Assembly: GCF_006345805.1 (NCBI RefSeq)
Contig: NW_021835433.1
Span: 1 to 40,019, forward strand
Source of the DNA: Octopus sinensis
Taxonomy: Eukaryota
DNA length: 40,019 nucleotides
Direction: 5' to 3'
Shown here: one piece after another, positions 13,030 to 24,399 of the stretch
Position numbering within the stretch: position 1 is the first letter of the stretch
How the letters are laid out: each line of letters begins with the position of its first letter
Translations under genes and position numbers: made by a program
The notes under the pieces: generated by a model
What the model was told of the DNA's origin: nothing
The model's database searches: none
The model's input: only the letters and a program-made list of their open reading frames with translations

Positions 13030-13260
13030 TATTTCTTTATTACCCACAAGGGGCTAAACATAGAGGGGACAAAGAAGGACAGACATAGGTATTAAGTCGA
13101 TTACATCTACCCCAGTGCGTAACTGGTACTTAATTTATCGACCCCGAAAGGATGAAAGGCAAAGTCGACCTCGGCGGAATTTGAACTCAGAACGTAGCGG
13201 CAGACGAAATACCGCTCAGCATTTCGTCCGGCGCGCTAACGTTTCTGCCAGCTCGCCGCC
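13030..13260 (-). mobile_element. tRNA-derived SINE family B (Meta-domain-like), full length with 18-bp TSD
   Basis: Head GGCGGCGAGCTGGCAGAAACGTTAG, B box GAGTTCAAATTCC, central GCCTTTCATCCTTTCGGGGTCGATAAATTAAGTACCAG; TSD TTAAGTGTATATATTACC at 13012-13029 and 13261-13278. Confidence 0.92.
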
Positions 13261-13369
13261 TTAAGTGTATATATTACCAACACCATATGGGAACTGTATA
13301 TTAAGTGCTACCATTCCCTAATTCAGACAATCGACTGCTCCCTATTTGAACAATTAAAGAAGTGATAGT

Positions 13370-13400
<31 letters not shown>

Positions 13401-13739
13401 ATATTTCTCTCTTTTTCTTTGCACATATTTAAATACAAATACATACGCACACACATTATCTATTTATCTATCTACCTATACATATATGTGTGTGTGTGTG
13501 TATGCATATACATACAGACACATACACACACATTTGTAAGAAAGAGAGAGAATGAAAGTGTGTGTTTGTGTCTCAGAGAGAGAGAGAGAGAAAGAGAGAG
13601 CAAACGGTGCTCCCTCTACTGGCAAAGGTGAAACTAGAAAACATTTTCGTAATGACTAACGTTCTCAAAAAAGTTTCTTACTGGGCAAATGAACACATTA
13701 TATATATACACATATATATATTCGCATATGTATATGTGT

Positions 13740-13943
13740 GTATGTATGTATGTATGTATGTATGTATGTATGTATGTATGTATGCATGTATGTATATATG
13801 TATGTATGTATCACCCCCCTCTCTCTCTCCTCTCTCTCTCTCTCTACAACACACACACACTCACACACATACTCACATATTCACCCACAAGCGTATCCGA
13901 TAGCAACTCACCCTCATTTACATTAATGGATGATTCACATCTG

Positions 13944-13975
<32 letters not shown>

Positions 13976-14139
13976 CGACAATCACGACAACAACAACAAC
14001 AACAACAACAGAAGAAGAAGAAACCGCAACAGCAGCAGCAGCAGCAACAGCGTAAAAGCAACAATAAACAAAGAGAATTACAAGAACAAGACAACAATCT
14101 GCTACCTTAAAAAAACAGAACGCTGTTGTTTCGTTGTTT

Positions 14140-14198
<59 letters not shown>
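13740..14198. repeat. Microsatellite cluster (TATG)n, (CT)n, (AAC)n, (AGC)n, (AGT)n
   Basis: Direct reading. Confidence 0.9.
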
Positions 14199-14199
<1 letters not shown>

Positions 14200-14319
14200 C
14201 TGGGGGGGGATGTGCTGTGGTTGGTGCGGTTGCTATTGTTTCTTTAAAGTTTTTCTGTTTGTTTAAACTGGCAGATTCTCTCTCTCTCACCTCAACACAC
14301 ACATTTGCCAAACAAGGCA

Positions 14320-14352
<33 letters not shown>

Positions 14353-14872
14353 TGAGTGTGTTTGGGCGAGTGTCCGTGCATGTGGGTGTTTGTAGGTGTA
14401 CGAAAGTGCATGTACTGATGCATGTGTGCTTTCTGAGTGTATGTATAGGCATATGAGTGCGTGTATGTGTGTGCTTATATCGTTAGGTGTATGCATGTAT
14501 ATTGGAATGTATGTATATATATATATATATATGTGTGTGTGTATGTGTGTGTGTATGCATGTGTGCATATGTATACCTTTATGTATATATAACGTATGTG
14601 TATGTGTATGTATATATAATATTTGTGTGTATGTATATATAAAGTTTGTGTGCATGTCTTTCTCTTTCCTTCTCCGTTGGTCTCCCATTTTCTCTATATA
14701 TACACACACACACTCATGTATAAATGTGTATATCAGTGTATATACGTGTGTGTGTGTGTGTGTGTGTGTGTGAGTGTGTGTGCTTGCCTTTGTGTGTGTG
14801 TGTAGAGTGTCGAGTGCCTGATATGCATATACATGTGTGTGTAAATCTGTGTGCGTTCGTGTGCATAAACGT

Positions 14873-14915
<43 letters not shown>

Positions 14916-15429
14916 TGTACTTTGGTTTTAGGTTACATTTCTGATTCAACTATTGCATGTGTTCATGATATTTTCTTGTTGTTGTACGTGTGTATAACGA
15001 CTTTTTAAAGGCGTATGTCTAGTTGCGTGTATACCTATATTTCAACGTTGTGTATGTGTATGTGTGCATATGTGCGTCTCTCGGCGTATATTCTTGTTTA
15101 TGTATGTATGTTTCTACGTACGTACGTACGTGTGTATGTCTCTATGTGTGTTCGTGTGTGGTACTTTGTTTTTTTTTTGTTTTGTTTCGTTTTGTTTTTA
15201 CCAAGGGTTTCGTAATCAATGTATTAGCTTTGCTGCTAATGAATATTTAAACAAAAATTCTGTTGAAACTCTGATTTATAACTTGTTTTTCTTACCTGTT
15301 ACTCATACATGCATGAAGCACACACACACACACACGCTCACACACACACACAAACATACACACACACACACACACGTTCTCGTCCTCTCTTTCCTTTCTT
15401 CTATATCGCAGTCAGTGCACGCTTATATA

Positions 15430-15475
<46 letters not shown>

Positions 15476-15539
15476 GTATAGACACACATATACACATATG
15501 CATACAAACAACATATGTGCATGCACATAAACATTCAAG

Positions 15540-15586
<47 letters not shown>

Positions 15587-16073
15587 TGTGTGTGAATATG
15601 CCGACGCGCACATGTATACAAACACATACATGTAGATGAAATAATTATTTTCTCGCTTTCCTCTAACTGAAGGTCTTCAATTTCATTCTCTTTCTGTACC
15701 CACTCATCAGTGTATCTGCGTATTTGTTTGTCTGCCTGCCTGTCTGTCTGTCTGTCTGTCTGTGTGTCCCTATTAATTCATGCACTCACATATATTCATT
15801 TCTAGATAAACACGTGTATGTGTGATTGTATCTGTATGTTTGTGAGCGCGTTTGTGTTTGCCTGAGTCTACGTATACACACACACGCACACATACGTATG
15901 TATGTATGTATATATATACATACCTACATACATGTGTGTGTATATACTCGCATGCGTATGTGTGTGTGCGTGTAATTTAATGAGAAAAGTATGAGACCGT
16001 AATATATATTTAAATTTTAATAATTAAAATATATCAATTACAATATATGAAGATATCAATTACATGAAAACCA

Positions 16074-16119
16074 TGTCTACATTTAATAATATTTCGAGTT
16101 AAAAACTCCTCATCGGACA
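16074..16119 (-). ncRNA. Type I hammerhead motif with single-base core deletion
   Basis: Minus strand TGTC-C(-)GATGA-g-GAGTT ttt AACTC-GAAA-TATT atta AATG-TA/GACA: all three stems pair and the triplet is GUA, but U4 is missing. Confidence 0.65.
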
Positions 16120-16289
16120 GAACTGGTATTTAGAATAAGGTGCTTAGTAATTAATGAATTCTCCTGAAATTAACACCCGTTTTCAGACGCTTTTTAGTGC
16201 AAGCTTTCACGGAATTCCGGTCGATCCAAGTGTTTACATCAATTTAGTAATTATTGTTTTATATTTCATCGAATGGTTATGTTATAATT

Positions 16290-16520
16290 CCGATAAGAGC
16301 CGATCCCATAATCATTTGTTTCATTACCCATAGCGGATGGTGCGTTGTGTTCTCGAGGAATACATTTCATTTTACATTGCTCCATTTCAATCAGCTGTAA
16401 ATAAGTAACTTTGTGATGGACTAGTTCCCCATTCAAGTGGAGTACGGTGATCTCAGTCACACATACGCCATAGAGTCTGAGTAACCGACTGTATGAGCAC
16501 TAACACTCGAGACAGTAATG
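16290..16520 (+). mobile_element. Ancient diverged SINE (V/CORE-type central domain)
   Basis: TGTGTTCTCGAGGAATACATTTCATTTACATTGCTCCA...CAGCTGTAAATAAGTAAC...GTGATGGACTAG.TCCCATTC resembles the conserved central SINE domain pattern TGTGTCCTTGAGCAAGACAC...GTAAATGAGTA...GCGATGGACTAG. Confidence 0.5.
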
Positions 16521-16866
16521 TCCAAGGGGACTAACTTGTTACTTTTGTCAAAAACATAGAAATAAACCATGATTCTGCATTCGTAATTTATGAAGCGTAA
16601 CCACGCAGAAATGCAAGTGTCTTATGATCCGGTGATTTTGCTCAATGTCCTCAGATGGGTTTTCACCCACATTTCCTACCAGACTTTTCTCTCCTGTGAC
16701 TGTGTAACGAGGCGAGATGTCTTCCCAAGTCGAAGTGTACACAAACATGTTAAATATAATTGTAGACAGATATATTTCACTCAACGCTTTTTTATGTGCT
16801 TCTCGTTAATTAAATGTAGTTTGTCAGAATTTTCTGTACCGCAACCAATGTAAGTTTCCTTTTCTT

Positions 16867-17148
16867 GGGCGTGGCTGTGTGGTAAGAAGCTTCCTTCTTA
16901 ACTTCATGATTCCGGTTCCAGTTCCACTGCGTAGTACCTTGGGCAAGTGTCTTCTACTATAGCCTCGGGCTGACCAAAGCCTTATGGGATGAATTTGGTA
17001 GACAGGGACTGAAAGAAGCTCATCGAAGCAGTTCGGAAAAATAGACCGATAGAATAAGTTCTGGGCTTACAAAGAATAAGCCCTGGAAGCGATTTCGTCG
17101 ACTAAAAGGCAGTGCTCCAGCATGGTTGAAGTCAAATTACTGAAACAA

Positions 17149-17150
<2 letters not shown>
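16867..17150 (+). mobile_element. SINE family A lacking the central microsatellite module
   Basis: Head GTGGCTGTGTGGTAAG; body joins directly to GTTCGGAAAA...tail. Confidence 0.88.
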
Positions 17151-17184
<34 letters not shown>

Positions 17185-17188
<4 letters not shown>

Positions 17189-18276
17189 ACGGTTTAGCTG
17201 GTGCATTTCCCGGTGACCCACATTGGAATTATGGTTCCGGCATGTCTAGTAGAAAAGTGACAGTCTTTTGTTTAATGGAGGACTAATGGGTTTTGGAATG
17301 ACCTGTGACCTTGTGCAGGTGAATTAGGGGTCGCTCTGGACACCCCTTGAATATGTCGTGAGAGAGGATGAGGGGGCAGAGAGGGACAGGCAGAGAGTAT
17401 GGTAGAGCTGTCAAGAGAGGGTAATAGGCAGCAGGTGATAGAGATAGGCAGTAAGATCAGAGAGCAGATAGAAAGGCTATAAGCAGTAAGGGACAGATTG
17501 AGGATATAGATAGAGTATAAGGACCAGGGCAGTTAGAGAGGGTGTGAGCGGTACAGAGGGAGATGAGGGAGTGGAAGCGAGGACAGAGACGAAGTGAGGT
17601 CTTGGCAGTCGTTGAGCGGTCGTCGAGGAGCACAGACGGATCTTGGAGTCGCTGGCCGGTCCTCGAAGAAGACAGACGGAACCTTGGATTTAAGGAGCAA
17701 GCGATTGGAATATGCACAGAGGGGAATTAGCAGAGTATTCAGAGGATTTGGCAGTATTCAGAGATGAGTGCAGAATGGGACACTGGCGATTCTATTGGGA
17801 ACTAAGGTATTTAATTGTATTGATTGTGTATTGATACGTGTCACGATGTAAAAGAAAAGAAGAGAGAAAAAGAAGGACTGTCGATGTGACGCTATCTGTG
17901 ATGTGTAGAAAAAGAGACTTTAAAGAACTGTTGTCTTGGGACGTGTACTCTTGAATTGTTACATGATGTTGTATTATGCTTTGAGTTGTACTCTTGAAAT
18001 GCTGTTGTATTATGTATTGAGTAGTCACGTGCATGCTTTGATGTATTTGATGTTGTTGTAACAATTGTAATGTCGTATAAACTGTTGTTTGAATATAAGC
18101 CAGTGTTGCCAGTTGTTGCCTTGCCTCTTTGGGTTGTATCTCGGGTTGTGCCTCTGTATCTCTGTGTTGAGGTTGTGGCAGTATCTATCTGTATCTCCTC
18201 TCTCCGCCTCTTTGGGTTCCGTGGCGGAACTTGTGTGAGCCGTTCGGGACGGGCGACGACGGGTGATTCCGTAACA
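17185..18276. mobile_element. Solo LTR (Gypsy-like), ~1.09 kb
   Basis: TG...CA ends with 8-bp inverted termini TGTTACGG / CCGTAACA, ATAT flanks on both sides, purine-rich interior, no coding region. Confidence 0.8.
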
Positions 18277-18425
18277 ATATATATATGTACATAAGTATAT
18301 TATCTACGTGCGTGTTTGTGTCTGTATTTGGCCCACACCATCACTTGACAACAGATGTTGGTGTGTTTACGTCCCTGTAACTTAGCGGTTCGGCGATGGA
18401 CACCGATAGAATAAGTATAAAGAAT

Positions 18426-18715
18426 AACATTATTTGCATTATTTACATTTGAAGGATGTGTGTCCTCATCTTGTTTGTTATTAACACAACCATTTCGGCT
18501 GATATACCCTCCAGCCTTCATCAGGTGTCTTGGGGAAATTTAGAACCTGGTTTCTCATTCCTAAGGTATTTTTTGATGTTGTTTTTGTTGTTGTTTTTGT
18601 TATTATCATTATATTATTATTATTATTATTATTATTCAGGTTACGGCCTGGAATCGAACTCGGAATCTTGGGCTTAGTGGCCCGCGCTCTTACCCACTCT
18701 GCCATATGCTCGTGG
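18426..18715 (-). mobile_element. tRNA-headed SINE-like element (family D) with hammerhead-containing 3' region
   Basis: A box TGGCAGAGTGG (18694-18704), B box GAGTTCGATTCC (18650-18661), (AAT)n linker, then a hammerhead motif. Confidence 0.8.
18484..18529 (-). ncRNA. Minimal type I hammerhead ribozyme motif
   Basis: Minus strand GACAC-CTGATGA-a-GGCTG gagggtatat CAGCC-GAAA-tg-GTT/GTGTT: canonical core, 5-bp stem II, 5-bp stem I, rudimentary stem III. Confidence 0.8.
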
Positions 18716-18879
18716 GCGTACAGAACTGTATTACAAAACTGTATTACAAGTCCTGTGGTTGGTTTCTGCGATTAAAACCCTTTAAGTCGATGCTTCAGTA
18801 TGGCCGCAGTCTAATGACTGAAACAAAGAACAAGGTTATAAGAAGAGCCGATCTTAAAGGGCTTCAATAAGTTCGGTAT

Positions 18880-18926
18880 TCGTAGATGCTGAAACGAAAT
18901 AGCATAGAAACGCACGCGTCCTGCGA
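18880..18926 (+). ncRNA. Hammerhead scaffold lacking the CUGANGA box
   Basis: TCGTAG-[no core]-ATGCT..AGCAT-a-GAAA-CGC ac GCG-TC/CTGCGA: stems I, II and III and a GUC triplet are present. Confidence 0.5.
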
Positions 18927-19105
18927 TCCCGAGATGTCATCCATACTGCAATGATAGGTTTCTGCATATATTGTGTAGGACCAGAATTTTTGCCTTAAAA
19001 TTTCTGCAGAGAAAATTTTTTCCTGGTTCAATGTCATTCAGCACTGCTGTCATTCAGCACTGCTTTCTACATCTCCATTTAATGTGTGTGTACGTGTAAG
19101 TGTGC

Positions 19106-19141
<36 letters not shown>

Positions 19142-19185
19142 GTATGTATACATATATAATTATATATATATATATATACATATAT

Positions 19186-19220
<35 letters not shown>

Positions 19221-19233
19221 TACACACACACAC

Positions 19234-19264
<31 letters not shown>

Positions 19265-19266
<2 letters not shown>

Positions 19267-19579
19267 GAGGCGCAATGGCCCAGTGGTTAGGGCAGCGGAC
19301 TCGCAGTTGTAGGATCGCGGTTTCGATTCCCAGACCGGGCATTGTGAGTGTTTATTGAGCGAAAACACCTAAAGCTCCACGAGTCTCCGGCAGTGGGGGG
19401 GGGCGATCCCTGCTGTACTCTTTCGCCACAACTTTCTCTCACTCTTTCTTCTGTTGGCCTGCTCGCTTAGCCAGCGGGGTGGCGTCATTTGAAGGCTAAA
19501 ACAATGCGAAGCACATTGTGACCAGCGATGTGTAGCAACATCTGATAGCCTGGTCGGTCCCGGTGATCACGGTGATCAC
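19265..19579 (+). mobile_element. tRNA-Arg-like SINE family C, tail type 1 (octopus OR1/OR2-like)
   Basis: A box TGGCCCAGTGG, B box GGTTTCGATTCCC, TCG at the anticodon position; first ~180 nt shared with the copy at 29944-30328. Confidence 0.88.
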
Positions 19580-20209
19580 AACACACACACACACACAACA
19601 TATATATATATATAATTAATAACATCAGGGTAATAAAGATTTTAAAAATATTTACTACCAGTGGACTAGCGTGTAGAAAAATTAGTCAATAAACTATATA
19701 TTATTCATTTAAATACAGTGTACGTTTAAAAATGCAAGAGGTGTCCGTCGTAGCGTGCCAGGAATCCTATGACGGATACCTCTTATGTGTTTAAATGTAC
19801 ACTGTATATATATGTGTTTAAATGTACACTGTATATATATATAAGAGGAAAAAATCATCTGATAAGAGGAAAAAACCTATCAGAAAGGAACTCTCTCTAT
19901 CTCTCTTAAAAAAACATCTTTTGATAAGCATAACAAATGCGCAACCGGTAAAAAGAACTTTCACCTAATTAAATTACTTAAATTATTTTGTCAGCATTTT
20001 CTTCATTTCCTTTTTTATATATCACAACTCGTGTTCCACATCTCCTTTTTTAAATATATATATATATACATACTTTTTTCTTTTAAGTGTTTCAATTTTA
20101 AAGCTGTGGTCATGCTGGAGCTCCAGAGAGACAGACAAACAAACAGATAGATAGATATAGATATATGCGTGTATATATGACACACACACATACACACACA
20201 TATATATAT

Positions 20210-20390
20210 AGGGGGAGAATTCACATAAAAAAACACAAAAGACGAAGACAGGTGGTGTAGACAACAAACAGATGTATTAGTTTAACGCTCGGGAAGTGAA
20301 GAAGTCTTTAACGTTTCGAGTATATGCTCTTCCACAGAAAGAAACAAGGGGAGAAAATAAAGAATATGTAGTGGTTAGCGAATTCTTCAC
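20210..20390 (-). mobile_element. Penelope pLTR-like fragment with variant hammerhead (20306-20341)
   Basis: Minus strand CTTT-CTGTGGA-a-GAG catata CTC-GAAA-c-GTT/AAAG; homologous to 34395-34545. Confidence 0.65.
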
Positions 20391-20584
20391 TAGAAATATT
20401 ATTTGTATCGTGAACCATGTACTTTTATTCCTACAATAAAGTGGTATGCACTGCATATATATATATATATAAATATATATATACTACATGCATATATTCA
20501 CACCTTCACACATTATAGGGATGATCATGCTGATACTGATGTAAATGATGAAGAGGTTGATATTTTGATAATAAGGAGGGATGG

Positions 20585-20905
20585 CAACAACGATGACGAC
20601 GACGGTGCTGATGTTAATAATGATGATGATGATGATGATGATGACGACGACGATGACGATGATGATGATGATAACGACGACAATGATGACATCGATGATG
20701 ATGATGTTGATCATAATACAGACGACGATGACGACAATGATGATGACGATGATGATGATGATGACGACGACGACGAACACGATCGCAACAATCACGATGA
20801 ACACGCCGATGATGATGATGATGGTGGCAATGACAGCGAGACAACGACGACGACAACATCGATGATGATGATGTTGATCATAATACAGACGACGATGACG
20901 ACGAC

Positions 20906-20981
<76 letters not shown>

Positions 20982-21250
20982 GTGATGATGGTGATGATGG
21001 TAATGATGATGACGATGATGATGACGATGACGACATCGATGATGATGATGTTGATCATAATACAGACGACGATGACGACGATGATCATGATGATGATCAT
21101 GATGATGACGACGACGACGAACACGATCGCAACAATCACGATGACCATGGTGACAATCACGATGAACACGCCGATGATGATGATGATGATGGTGACAAGG
21201 ACAGCGAGACAACGACGACGACGACGACCACAACACCAACGACGGTGGTG
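20585..21250. repeat. (GAT/GAC)n region with internal higher-order duplications
   Basis: ACATCGATGATGATGATGTTGATCATAATACAGACGACGATGACGAC occurs three times. Confidence 0.92.
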
Positions 21251-21713
21251 GCAATGATTCCTTTATGGCATGGAGAATAATAGAAAACTATTACTGCACA
21301 ATGCAAACCGGAAGCAAAATGCTTGTCGCTTTTTTTCTTAATATTTCGTGCTTTATTTCTCTGGTCAGTTCATTTTGCCATCGTTGTGATGCGCGACTGA
21401 ACTCATTCACTTTCGGAAAGCAACCGTGGTGTAATCTTGTGAAGGAAACAAACAACAAACAAGAATATCAAAAGTAAAACAAAACAAACATACCTTGTAG
21501 GTGCTGATGCATATATATAGACACACACACACACATACACATGTATGTATGTATATGTATGTTTACATGCATGTATGCATCTATGTATACATACATGCAT
21601 TCATATATATATATATATATATGTTGTTGTATATATATATTATATATATATATATATATATGATATATGAATATACATGCATACAAACATACACTTACAC
21701 ATTTATTTTATGA

Positions 21714-21745
<32 letters not shown>

Positions 21746-22933
21746 AGTATGTCTGTATTATTATGTATGTATATATATATATATATTATATATATATATA
21801 TATATAATACAATGTATGTGCGTGAGTGTGTGGTATGCATGTGTATGTATATGTGTGTGCGTATGTGCTTTTGTGTGCGTATATGTGTATATTGAAAGGA
21901 AGAATATAATTGAATGAAAGACGAAGATTAATATAACTCGAAGACAAAAGCGTGAGAATGGTGAGGGAAATGGGGTTGATTGCGGTATAAAATAGACAAA
22001 AAAAGTAAAAGACAGACCAAACAGAAGACGAAGAAGAAAAAATAAAAGAAGAACGATGTGGTGGAGGATGAGGAGGAGAAAGAGAAGGAGAAGGAAGAGA
22101 GGGTGAGGGGCGAGAAGAACTTGGCGAAGAGAAAGGGCGGGTGAGTTATGGCAGCCATCAGACTATATTCTACATAATTATATTCTTTCAGAATGATGTC
22201 TAGCACTTCTAACCACCAACCCGCCCCCTCAAAATCAAACTCCACTCAATAACTACACGCTTCTTCTCTTATTTCCTCTCCTTCTCTCCCATCTTTTCTT
22301 CCTGTTATGAAATCATCCAGTGGAACCAACCATTTCTTCCATGGACAATACATTTTGACCGCATTCAGTAAAGATTTGGGTGAAAAATGGTGATCGGTTT
22401 GCAATATTTTCGTGTTTTTGTTTTCTTCTTTACTTTTTCATTGTTTTGGCGCGTTATCAAAATTATCGTCTGCTCAGTCATTCATTTCTTTACTCGCCCT
22501 CTTTCTTTTCCCTCTACGCTTTTCACTTTCCTTTGCTGCTTTCTCGCTCTTCATGTAATTTTCTTCTCTCTACTTTCACTTTCATCCACTTGTGTGATTA
22601 AAATATTGTAGTATTATTTGTTGTAGCAAAGGTGTTGGAGTTAGTGAATAAGGTAAAAAGCCTGATTAAATAAACAAATTTATTTGTTTATTAGAAATTT
22701 ATTCGTATATTTCAATATGTGAAAAAAAGGTCGTTCGTGGAGGTTTGAAACGGATGAGCCAATGGTAGGTTCACTTTATGTAGGATAAAGGAAGTGAAAA
22801 AGGAGTGTCTATATCTCGGTCTTGAACAAAGATCAGAACATCAGCATGAACGTTGTTCGAAAAGCACCAACCCATTTTCGGTATGCTCAACGATGCTCGA
22901 AACACCAAAGAAATATACACAAGTTATGCCTAC

Positions 22934-23004
22934 TCCTAGGTTGTATTGTGGTAAGTATCCCCGCCTGTATGTGGGAGGGCAGAAGTCGATTCCCTGCCGG
23001 GCAG
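22934..23004 (+). pseudogene. tRNA-Asp(GTC)-derived pseudogene
   Basis: TCCTAGGTTGTATTGTGGTAAGTATCCCCGCCTGT-ATGTGGGAGGGCAGAAGTCGATTCCCTGCCGGGCAG aligns to the animal tRNA-Asp pattern TCCTCGTTAGTATAGTGGTAAGTATCCCCGCCTGTCACGCGGGAGACCGGGGTTCGATTCCCCGACGGGGAG; anticodon loop and T-arm damaged. Confidence 0.8.
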
Positions 23005-23019
23005 GCATTTCCGTTTCAC

Positions 23020-23411
23020 GGACGCAGGATTGGCTGTGTGGTAAGAAACTTGCTTCCCAACCACATCGTATAGGGATCAGTCCCTCTGTGCAGCAACTTC
23101 GGCAAGTGTCTTCTACTTTTGTCTCAAGCTTTGTGAGAGGATCTGATAGACGGAAACTGAAAGAAGTTCGACGTGTGTGTACGTGTGTGTATGTGTGTGT
23201 ATGTGTTTCTCCCCCATTACTGCTTGACAACCGATGTTGTGTTTATATGTCTACAACATAGCGGTTCGGCAAAAGGGGTGCAATCGAAGAAGTACCAGGC
23301 TTAAGAAATAAATAAGTACTGGTGCTGATTCATTCAACTAAAAATTCTTCAAGGCAGTGTCCCAACATGGCCATGCCACAGTCTAATATGTGAAACAAGT
23401 AAAAGGTAAAA
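23020..23411 (+). mobile_element. SINE family A, diverged
   Basis: GGCTGTGTGGTAAGAAACTTGCTTCCCAACCACAT head; GACGGAAACTGAAAGAAG; GAAACAAGTAAAAG tail. Confidence 0.85.
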
Positions 23412-23479
23412 CATACAAGATACATAAGAGATAAGATGTGAATTCATACATAAATACACACACAAGTAGAAGTACATAC

Positions 23480-23685
23480 TTGCGTACATACATACGTACG
23501 TACGTACATACATACGTACGTACGTACATACATACGTACGTACGTACATACATACATACATACATACATACATACATACATACATACATACATACACACA
23601 TACATACATACACACACACATACGTACATGCACCCATGCATACATACATGCATATATACAAGCATGCATACATACATACACACAT
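23480..23685. repeat. (TACA)n/(TACG)n compound microsatellite
   Basis: Direct reading. Confidence 0.92.
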
Positions 23686-23694
23686 TAGATAAAT

Positions 23695-23822
23695 CCCGGT
23701 GCTAATCTGATACTTATTTTATCGATCTAGAAAGGATTAAAGGCAAAGTCGACTTCGGCAGAAATCAAACTCAATAAGAATTTTGCACGGTATGCTAACG
23801 GTTCTGCCAGTCCACCACCTTA
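23695..23822 (-). mobile_element. SINE family B, degraded
   Basis: TACTTATTTTATCGATCTAGAAAGGATTAAAGGCAAAGTCGAC...CTAACGGTTCTGCCAG. Confidence 0.75.
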
Positions 23823-23849
23823 GAAGCCATCTGAATTTTTAGAAAGAGT

Positions 23850-24390
23850 TAAATGGATGATGATGATTCAGGCCGGGTATCACAATGCCGACCTCATGGA
23901 TGCTGCTGAATCTTCTGCCACCACTATAAAGGCCATAAGACAAAAAAATGGACATGAAAACCACATGCTGACACACATCCTTGGACAGGATCTTAGACTC
24001 TCTCCAGACAACTATGTGAAGCTGCTGGAGACTGCGGTCAGTCCCTGGCTAGAAGGGGTTGCTACTGGATGGCCATATGTGCGACTGCAGAATTCGGCTC
24101 CTTGCTAGATTTCCAGAAACAGCCATAAGTAGTTGTTGGAGAATTTCTGGACAGAGTCCTCTCGACTGTAATGCAATGAATTACTGTGGACTGGGCGTGG
24201 TTGACAAAGACAGCAACCGTTCTTCCTGCAACACCAAGGCCAACCTGTTGGCGAAGATCGAGGTGTTCGAAGTTCTCCCTTGGGACAGTGTGCGAAATGC
24301 ATGCACCGGGTTCCAGAGCCGTGTTGGAAGCTGAGTGACCTGTTATCTTCCAGCCATAATCTAGTTGATATTTTTAGACTTTTTAAAGAC
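23850..24390 (+). mobile_element. Decayed DD37D (maT)-like Tc1/mariner transposase fragment
   Basis: YVKLLETAVSPWLEGVATGWPYVRLQNSAPC (cf. QDSAPCH), SPLDCNAMNY (cf. SPDLNPLDY), VRNACTGFQSRV; frameshifts and deletions. Confidence 0.7.
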
Positions 24391-24399
24391 ATACTTCTA

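Larger units (their letters stand above)
18310..18830 (+). mobile_element. SINE family A 3' half, split by a nested insertion at ~18426-18745
   Basis: CTTGACAACAGATGTTGGTGTGTTTACGTCC...GATAGAATAAGTA before the insertion; AAGTCCTG...GGCCGCAGTCTAATGACTGAAAC after it. Confidence 0.8.

Noticed and set aside
13689-14351. 220-aa ORF with poly-N and poly-S like a transcription-factor low-complexity region
   Set aside because: Concatenated microsatellites with no recognisable domain; a short real exon cannot be fully excluded
16585-16620. TTATGA-GCGT/ACGC-GAAA hammerhead-like string
   Set aside because: Core mismatched and no stem I or cleavage triplet
19265-19335. Functional tRNA-Arg gene
   Set aside because: Acceptor stem does not close and the sequence continues into a SINE body
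20403-21257. 284-aa Asp-rich ORF resembling acidic shell-matrix proteins
   Set aside because: Switches from poly-Asp to poly-Met mid-way and begins in a (TA)n tract; microsatellite artefact
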